Part shown: positions 25,816-32,436 of the stretch, piece after piece | Numbering within the stretch: position 1 is the stretch's first letter | Layout of the letters: every line of letters starts with the position of its first letter | Assembly: GCA_964571545.1 (NCBI GenBank) | Contig: CAZNCK010000005.1 | Location: 565-33,000, forward strand | Source of the DNA: an uncultured Treponemataceae bacterium | Lineage (GTDB): Bacteria; Spirochaetota; Spirochaetia; Treponematales; UBA12059 | DNA length: 32,436 nucleotides | Direction: 5' to 3' | Program-made: the position numbers and the translations under genes | Notes under the pieces: generated by a model | Databases searched by the model: none | Seen by the model: only the letters and a program-made list of their open reading frames with translations | Told to the model about the DNA's origin: nothing

Positions 25816-26213
25816 ACGGCATCCAGTACGCCGTTGATAAAACGGTATGAATCCTCTGCACCGTATTCCTTGGCTATTTCTATTGCCTCATCGATTGTTA
25901 TCTGAGCGGGAATATCCATTTGAAATACCAATGAATATACCGATACGCGCAGTATTGCGAGATCCACTTTCTTGAGGCGCTCGAAAGCCCAATGCTCAAG
26001 ATGTTTTTTTATATCAGCGTCGATAGCCTCGATATTCTCGATTGTCCCTGAAACGATGAGGCCCGCGAACGTTTTAAGTTCCTCATCGGTGCTTGCGGCT
26101 GATTCCTCGCCAAGCCATGAGAACGAGAGAAGTTCATCAAAACTCATTGATGAAGCGTCCCAGGCGTATAGGGCTTGGAACGCAACGATTCTTGCTTTTC
26201 GTCTCGAAGCCAT
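25788..26213 (-). CDS. nusB: Transcription antitermination factor NusB
   Basis: SRRKARIVAFQALY, VDLAILR, IDEAIEIAKEYG and FINGVLD motifs. Confidence 0.97.
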   Translation of the reverse strand: MASRRKARIVAFQALYAWDASSMSFDELLSFSWLGEESAASTDEELKTFAGLIVSGTIENIEAIDADIKKHLEHWAFERLKKVDLAILRVSVYSLVFQMDIPAQITIDEAIEIAKEYGAEDSYRFINGVLDAVWKEHRTAS

Positions 26214-26214
26214 A

Positions 26215-27246
26215 TCAGGGCTTTCCTAGAATTTTTATATCTGCCTGACCACGAAGCTTCTTGAACAGTTCAGTGAACGTCTTCTGGAGGAATTCCGTCT
26301 CGCGCTGCTTAGACAAGAGTTGTCCAATGTAATCCTGAACGGTTCCATCTTGGCCTAGACGATACGGATCCGACAACTCGAGTTGCTTCTGAGGAAGGAA
26401 CTCGAGCCTGCGAACGATCCACCATCCGGCTTCAGTTTCAAAAGCCATTGAATTGGCGCCATCCTTCAGCGAGAAAACCATTTCATAAAAAACCTTGCCA
26501 AACTGCGAGATGAACACATCGCTACGCTCGAAGTATATGGATTCTTTGTTAGCCGCGTAACCGTTTTCTTGAGCCTTTAAGCGCAAGACATCAAAAGATT
26601 CCCCTTTGACGAGTCGTTCCGAAAGTTTCTTCATAAGATCAGCGCCCTTGGCACGTTCAGCCGCGCTCGTATCTTTGAATTGGTAAAAAATAAATGCAAT
26701 TTTGACTGTGTCAGGCCTCACCAGCCGCGATTTGTACAAGTCGTAGGTAGTAAGTATCTCGTTGACGCCAATCGGAGGAATAGCAGATATCTCAGCTGAC
26801 TTTGTACTCATTAGCCAGCGCTGTATGAGCACCTGCTTCTTATAATAGGTCCTGAGATCCGCATATGGAATTCCCTGTGTTGCAAGGTATGCAGAGAACT
26901 GCTGATCAGACTCGCCGGAGGGGCGCTGAGCTCTAAGTTTGGCAATATAGGAATCAATCTCGCCTTCGCTGACCTTAAGGCCATCTCGATCGCACATCTG
27001 ATAAAAAAGGATATCATTAATCACATCGTCAAGATACGCCTTTCGTTCCTCGACGTTCAGCGTTTTACCTAGACTGGCTTCAAGTTTTATTACGTCCTCT
27101 TTGAAGGATTTATCTGAAACGACCTCTATCTTTGTAAGCTTGACGGTCGCCAAAGGGGCTCCAAGGCTAGTGCCGCCCATGGGTTGGGCCCATAGAGGCG
27201 CTACGATGAGGCAGGTGACGAACAGCGCGAAAAGGTTCTTCTGCAT
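26215..27246 (-). CDS. SurA/PrsA-like periplasmic chaperone with a degenerate parvulin PPIase domain
   Basis: Signal peptide (LWA), SurA-N-like GLKVSEGEID, GESFDVL, FETEAGWWIV and C-terminal KLRGQADIKI. SD GGAG before ATG 27246. Confidence 0.78.
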   Translation of the reverse strand: MQKNLFALFVTCLIVAPLWAQPMGGTSLGAPLATVKLTKIEVVSDKSFKEDVIKLEASLGKTLNVEERKAYLDDVINDILFYQMCDRDGLKVSEGEIDSYIAKLRAQRPSGESDQQFSAYLATQGIPYADLRTYYKKQVLIQRWLMSTKSAEISAIPPIGVNEILTTYDLYKSRLVRPDTVKIAFIFYQFKDTSAAERAKGADLMKKLSERLVKGESFDVLRLKAQENGYAANKESIYFERSDVFISQFGKVFYEMVFSLKDGANSMAFETEAGWWIVRRLEFLPQKQLELSDPYRLGQDGTVQDYIGQLLSKQRETEFLQKTFTELFKKLRGQADIKILGKP

Positions 27247-27299
27247 TGATATCTCCAAGAGCTGTCGATTAGTCGGACAGACACGAGGTCTGACCACGA

Positions 27300-27308
27300 A
27301 TTATAACA
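27300..27308 (-). promoter_or_regulatory. Extended -10 promoter for the surA-like-nusB genes
   Basis: Minus strand TGTTATAAT. Confidence 0.55.
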
Positions 27309-27348
27309 ATTAAGTAGCGGATAGGTTAATGGAAAACACACTGTCTAT

Positions 27349-28158
27349 TCAAGGCTGTTCAGGCCATTTATTGGATCCAGAAATCTTTACAGCTAGTGCT
27401 TTCAATCCAGGCAATTTGGGAGCAAGTACTAAAGCCCTGTTTATGGCGGTCTTTGCTTCAGCGACCCGGCCAAGACGGAACAGCAACTCGGCTCGCTTTC
27501 GCAGGAATTGCGCATCGTTCTCAGCCGAGCTGCGAATCGATATCGCTTCCTGCAGAGTTTCTAGATAGATTTCCGGCTCAAGAACTCTGAGAAGGTCCTC
27601 GAGGACCAGTCGCCGATACCGAGCTAACACTACATCGTAGAAATATCCAAAACCGCTAGACTGTTGCTCCATCGCTATGAGACGCTTCATGACCCTGTAT
27701 GAATCAATATAGCGACCGCGGAGAGCGTACTCTTCCGCTATGCAGAATTCGGCGTCCATAGCCTCTGGTCGTTCGAAAAAACGCTCTAGTCGGCCTTGGT
27801 CTGTATCCCTGATACGGTCATAGAGGGCCAAGGCTTCATCTTCCAAGTCATGCAACAGGTCGTAGAATACCAGTTTTGCGATGTACTCAGGCTCTTCCAG
27901 CCGGTCTAAAAGCCAGAGCCGGTAATCAAAGGCAATACCCTGACCATGAGGTATCAGCCGAAGACGTCCCCTGTCGTATTCACGCCTGGACTGAGCGTCA
28001 GAGAGTATCCGGTATGCCTCTAGTACTAAGCGCATCGCTTCATCGTCTGTCCCGCCAGTGTCGGGATGTCGCGCTTTGGCTTTTTTGCGAAAAGCGCTTT
28101 TAATCTCTTTCTGGGAGGCTTCTGGTTGTACACCGATGATAGAATATAGATCGTTCAC
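27349..28158 (-). CDS. J-domain (DnaJ class III) protein with C-terminal TPR-like helices
   Basis: DLYSIIGV...ASQKEIKSAFRKKAKARHPD...EAYRILSDAQSRREYD. Probable GTG start at 28158. Confidence 0.88.
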   Translation of the reverse strand: MNDLYSIIGVQPEASQKEIKSAFRKKAKARHPDTGGTDDEAMRLVLEAYRILSDAQSRREYDRGRLRLIPHGQGIAFDYRLWLLDRLEEPEYIAKLVFYDLLHDLEDEALALYDRIRDTDQGRLERFFERPEAMDAEFCIAEEYALRGRYIDSYRVMKRLIAMEQQSSGFGYFYDVVLARYRRLVLEDLLRVLEPEIYLETLQEAISIRSSAENDAQFLRKRAELLFRLGRVAEAKTAINRALVLAPKLPGLKALAVKISGSNKWPEQP

Positions 28159-28168
28159 GAAGGTATCG

Positions 28169-28435
28169 TCAGGCCAAGCCCGGACGGTCCTCAAAATTTA
28201 CTATCGTTGAATAGGCTTTATTTGAATCACCTGTAAGAAAGAGCGCGGTTGGTATCAAAAAATCGCGCCAGGGCACACAGGGGAGCGAGACACATTTACC
28301 AAAAGTAAAAGAACCCGTCAATCGCATGGGATAGACGAGTTCTTTATAGGGTTTTTCCTTATGGTCGCCTACAACATCCGTATGAATCCGGTTCTCGGGA
28401 AACACGGCGCGGAGTAAAGGCGCTCTGGAGAACAT
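28169..28435 (-). CDS. Hypothetical protein (88 aa)
   Basis: ATG lies 7 nt after the secG stop, and the ORF fills the secG to J-domain gap in operon orientation. Confidence 0.6.
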   Translation of the reverse strand: MFSRAPLLRAVFPENRIHTDVVGDHKEKPYKELVYPMRLTGSFTFGKCVSLPCVPWRDFLIPTALFLTGDSNKAYSTIVNFEDRPGLA

Positions 28436-28442
28436 GGATCTA

Positions 28443-28817
28443 CTAAGGGGTTGCGGGGGTTGTCTCGGACGCGGGGGCCGCAGGGACAGCAATTTCTGCC
28501 GCTGGTGCCTCAGGCTGATCTTGCCTGTATAGTCCAGTACCCTGTTTTTCCTGTGCGGCTTGCAAGACCCCCTCATCATTTGATGACTTGGGTTGCATTA
28601 CCGCCAAGGTAAACGCGATGATGAAGAACAAGGCACCGAGTATATAGGTGAACCGCACTATCACGTTGGAGGATCTAGACCCAAAGGCCGCATTTCCGGC
28701 GCCGGAGAACAAGCCGCCAAGGCCTTCGCCTTCCTGATCCTGAATGACGACCATAAAAATAAGCAAAGCGCATACGATCGAGAATAGAACGAGAAGAACT
28801 ATACCAAAAACACCCAT
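28443..28817 (-). CDS. secG: Preprotein translocase subunit SecG
   Basis: Two TM helices flanking IQDQEGEGLGGLFSG...FGSRS. Located after tpiA. Confidence 0.93.
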   Translation of the reverse strand: MGVFGIVLLVLFSIVCALLIFMVVIQDQEGEGLGGLFSGAGNAAFGSRSSNVIVRFTYILGALFFIIAFTLAVMQPKSSNDEGVLQAAQEKQGTGLYRQDQPEAPAAEIAVPAAPASETTPATP

Positions 28818-28880
28818 TTGTACGACTCCGATTTGAATTGGGTCTGCGTCGCAGTCATTGTGGACGCCATTTCCGGCGAT

Positions 28881-28908
28881 ACTATACTGAATTATCGCGG
28901 CGGCGCAA
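28881..28908 (-). promoter_or_regulatory. Putative sigma70 promoter for secG
   Basis: Minus strand TTGCGC-16 bp-TATAGT. Confidence 0.5.
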
Positions 28909-28945
28909 GTAGTACCACGCCGCTACGAATATTCCAGTACATCCG

Positions 28946-29698
28946 TCAAGACCTGAATAGAGCGATCGGACCGAACGTTTCGACCTTGAGCGCCGCTCCG
29001 CCTACGAGGGCCCCATCTATGTTAGGCTTGGCCATGAGCTCGGCAGCGTTATCGGGCTTCACCGAACCGCCGTATTGTATACACATCGACTTCGCGGCAT
29101 CCGCACCGAACAGTTCTGCGAGCACTGTTCGGATGTATGCGTGAACAGCGTCGGCATCCTCCGGCGAGGCCGTCTTACCGGTACCGATAGCCCAGACGGG
29201 CTCATAGGCAATCGTGACCTTGGTGAGGCTGGCGGCGAGAATATTCTTGAGCCCTTCACGTAGCTGAGTACCAACCACTGATTCCAGCTTGCCGCCTTCT
29301 CGCTCTTCAAGGGTCTCACCGACACACAGTATAGGTTCAATATCCTGTGCGAGAGCGAGAAGAACCTTTTTGTTGATGAGGACATCGGTTTCCAAGTAGG
29401 AGTGCCGTCGTTCGGAATGTCCTAGGATTACCGCCTTAACACCCAGGTCCTTGAGCATCAGCGGTGAAATCTCACCGGTATGAGCGCCTTGCAGATCCGG
29501 CCCCATATTCTGGGCACCGAGAATGATAACAGTACCCTTAACAACCTCCGCCACGGCTGCGAGTGCGGTGAACGCGGGCGCTATCATCACACGTTCGCCG
29601 CAGGAACCGAGTTCCGCAACCAGAGCCTTTGCCAATGTTACCGATTCGGCAACGGTCTTATGCATTTTCCAGTTGCCGGCGATGTAATAGTTCCTCAT
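28946..29698 (-). CDS. tpiA: Triosephosphate isomerase
   Basis: AGNWKM, GHSERR, AYEPVWAIGTG, YGGSVKP and GALVGGA motifs. Confidence 0.98.
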   Translation of the reverse strand: MRNYYIAGNWKMHKTVAESVTLAKALVAELGSCGERVMIAPAFTALAAVAEVVKGTVIILGAQNMGPDLQGAHTGEISPLMLKDLGVKAVILGHSERRHSYLETDVLINKKVLLALAQDIEPILCVGETLEEREGGKLESVVGTQLREGLKNILAASLTKVTIAYEPVWAIGTGKTASPEDADAVHAYIRTVLAELFGADAAKSMCIQYGGSVKPDNAAELMAKPNIDGALVGGAALKVETFGPIALFRS

Positions 29699-29725
29699 AC
29701 TCGTATCTCCTGAAATCCCGTGGAT

Positions 29726-30985
29726 TTATCTACAGACTTCAATACCAGGCAATTTCTTGCCTTCAAGTAGTTCCAATGAGGCTCCGCCGCCTGTAGAGAC
29801 ATGGCTCATTTTATCAGCCAGCTGGAATTTGTTTACAGCCGCGACAGAGTCTCCTCCGCCTACGACCGTGATAGCGCCGCGCTCAGTGGCCTCTGCGACA
29901 AGTCGGGCCACCTGCTCGGTGCCCTTGGAGAAGGCCTCGAACTCGAACACGCCTACAGGGCCGTTCCAAACGATGCTTTTCGCTCCAGACAGAATCAGCT
30001 TATACTTTTCTATCGTTTTTGGACCAACATCCAGTCCCATGAATCCGTCCGGCACGTCTGCGCTGTCTACCGACTTCGGGACGGCTGCCGCGTCAAATTT
30101 GTCCGCGCAGACATGGTCCACCGGTAAGACTATCTCGACGCCGGCCTTCTTCGCCGCTTCAATGATCTGCTTCGCGGTACCTAACTGGTCATCCTCGACA
30201 AGAGAATTACCAACGGTATTACCCTGTGACTTGAGGAATGTAAACGCCATACCGCCGCCGATAATAAGCGCCGAGGCATTTCGGAGCAGACTCTCAAGCA
30301 CGGCTATCTTTGAACTGACTTTAGCGCCTCCAATGATAGCGATCATTGGTTTCGGAGGATTGGTCACCATAGGCTCAAGATATTTTACTTCTTTGTCCAT
30401 AAGAAAGCCGCCTACGGCCACTTTCATGAACTTGGCGACGGATGCTGTGGACGCATGGTCCCGATGTGCCGTACCGAACGCATCATTGACGAAAATATCG
30501 CCATAGGTAGCCAGTTCCTTTGCTAGTTTATCGCGCTCGGAAGAATCCTCACTGGTTTCTTCTTTATGGAAACGAGTGTTTTCAAGCATTACTATCGAGC
30601 CCGCAACCTGAGCGTCAATGAATGACAACTTGCCATAGCATCCGTCTTCACCGGCAAATACAACCGGACGGCCCAGTTTTTTCGCCAGATACTCGGCGAC
30701 AGGGCGCATCCGATGCTTTCCCGACAGGTACTTTTCTTCATCCCAAGTTTTCCCAGCCTGCTCGGCCTTCTCTTTAGCCTTCTTTGCGTCTTTTTTGGGA
30801 TCACCCAGATGACTCATCAGCACTATGCTTTTGGCGTTCTGGGCAAGTATATATTCAATAGAAGGAATAGCGGCTACAATTCTGGTATCATCCTGTACGA
30901 CGCCATCTTTCATTGGCACATTGAAGTCTACACGCATCACGATACGTTTTCCGGCCAGCGCAACATCCTTTATTGTCTTTATCAT
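29726..30985 (-). CDS. pgk: Phosphoglycerate kinase
   Basis: RVDFNVP, SHLG, LENTRF, NDAFGTAHR, GGAKVSSKI, WNGPVGVFE, GGGDS and STGGGASLE motifs. Confidence 0.98.
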   Translation of the reverse strand: MIKTIKDVALAGKRIVMRVDFNVPMKDGVVQDDTRIVAAIPSIEYILAQNAKSIVLMSHLGDPKKDAKKAKEKAEQAGKTWDEEKYLSGKHRMRPVAEYLAKKLGRPVVFAGEDGCYGKLSFIDAQVAGSIVMLENTRFHKEETSEDSSERDKLAKELATYGDIFVNDAFGTAHRDHASTASVAKFMKVAVGGFLMDKEVKYLEPMVTNPPKPMIAIIGGAKVSSKIAVLESLLRNASALIIGGGMAFTFLKSQGNTVGNSLVEDDQLGTAKQIIEAAKKAGVEIVLPVDHVCADKFDAAAVPKSVDSADVPDGFMGLDVGPKTIEKYKLILSGAKSIVWNGPVGVFEFEAFSKGTEQVARLVAEATERGAITVVGGGDSVAAVNKFQLADKMSHVSTGGGASLELLEGKKLPGIEVCR

Positions 30986-31040
30986 TGGAATCCTCCGTAC
31001 GCGGGAAGGACAGCGATTACATCAGAGTCGCCATCCATTG

Positions 31041-31070
31041 AAAAAAGGCCCGCCGTTTCAGGCGGGCCTT
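31041..31070 (-). terminator. Rho-independent terminator after gap
   Basis: Minus strand AAGGCCCGCC-TGAAAC-GGCGGGCC-TTTTTT. Confidence 0.85.
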
Positions 31071-31082
31071 GCTAGGGGCAGG

Positions 31083-32168
<1,086 letters not shown>

Positions 32169-32208
32169 CTAAGCTGATTAATAGACCAGACGATAATTTT
32201 GTACCCAT

Positions 32209-32238
32209 ATGATACCTTCAAGTAGAATCGTCAGTCAA
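32209..32238 (-). promoter_or_regulatory. Putative sigma70 promoter for gap
   Basis: Minus strand TTGACT-18 bp-TATCAT. Confidence 0.6.
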
Positions 32239-32386
32239 TGCGCTGAATAAATATACGCACGTATGCATTCAGCGCGCAAACATTTTTCTTAAAAATTTTC
32301 AATTTTAAGCCGATATTTTAATTGTCAGGTACTACCATGGCTCCCCTCCCAATTTGCCATGATAGCAACCTCAGCCTGTCAGGGCG

Positions 32387-32412
32387 GGCCGGTCGCGCAG
32401 ACCGGCCTTTTT
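32387..32412 (+). terminator. Intrinsic-terminator-like hairpin on the + strand
   Basis: GGCCGGTC-GCGCA-GACCGGCC-TTTTT. Confidence 0.65.
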
Positions 32413-32436
32413 ACTATGCGTAGATCCATATATCCC

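Noticed and set aside
29757-30506. 249-aa ORF antisense to pgk (and similar shadows over murI, rlmN, hemW/lepB and gap)
   Set aside because: Typical antisense shadow ORFs caused by codon bias, with no motifs or SD.

Overview
A 32.4 kb, densely coding, moderately GC-rich chromosomal segment from a spirochaete (Spirochaetales, Treponema/Rectinema-like). The assignment is inferred from the treponemal-type GAPDH and PGK insertions, tandem lepB genes near smpB and the gap-pgk-tpiA-secG-...-nusB order. Content is mostly housekeeping, in order: rsgA (partial), murI, a Cys-rich protein, a pentapeptide-repeat + MBL-fold pair, DUF2147, pdxY, hemW, two lepB, a PEGA/FGE-sulfatase-domain membrane protein, smpB, rsmD, TPR genes, rlmN, an MrfAB/YprAB-like DUF1998 helicase + DEDD exonuclease pair, glgC and a cysteine hydrolase. 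A long minus-strand run follows: gap, pgk, tpiA, secG, a hypothetical, a J-domain protein, a SurA-like protein, nusB, a TPR lipoprotein, map, degP, a PRTase and a 1002-aa secreted beta-helix protein. I found no tRNA, rRNA, CRISPR array, transposase, integrase or reverse transcriptase, and I cannot demonstrate a clearly novel system. The best leads are: (i) back-to-back sigma70 promoters sharing one -35 site that appear to drive two leaderless transcripts (lepB-lepB-hemW-pdxY versus PEGA/FGE-smpB-rsmD); (ii) a zinc-finger-capped pentapeptide protein coupled to an MBL enzyme with a non-canonical metal motif; (iii) the MrfAB-like pair with homopolymer tracts in the nuclease active-site codons. 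All calls come from motif recognition by eye; no searches were run.
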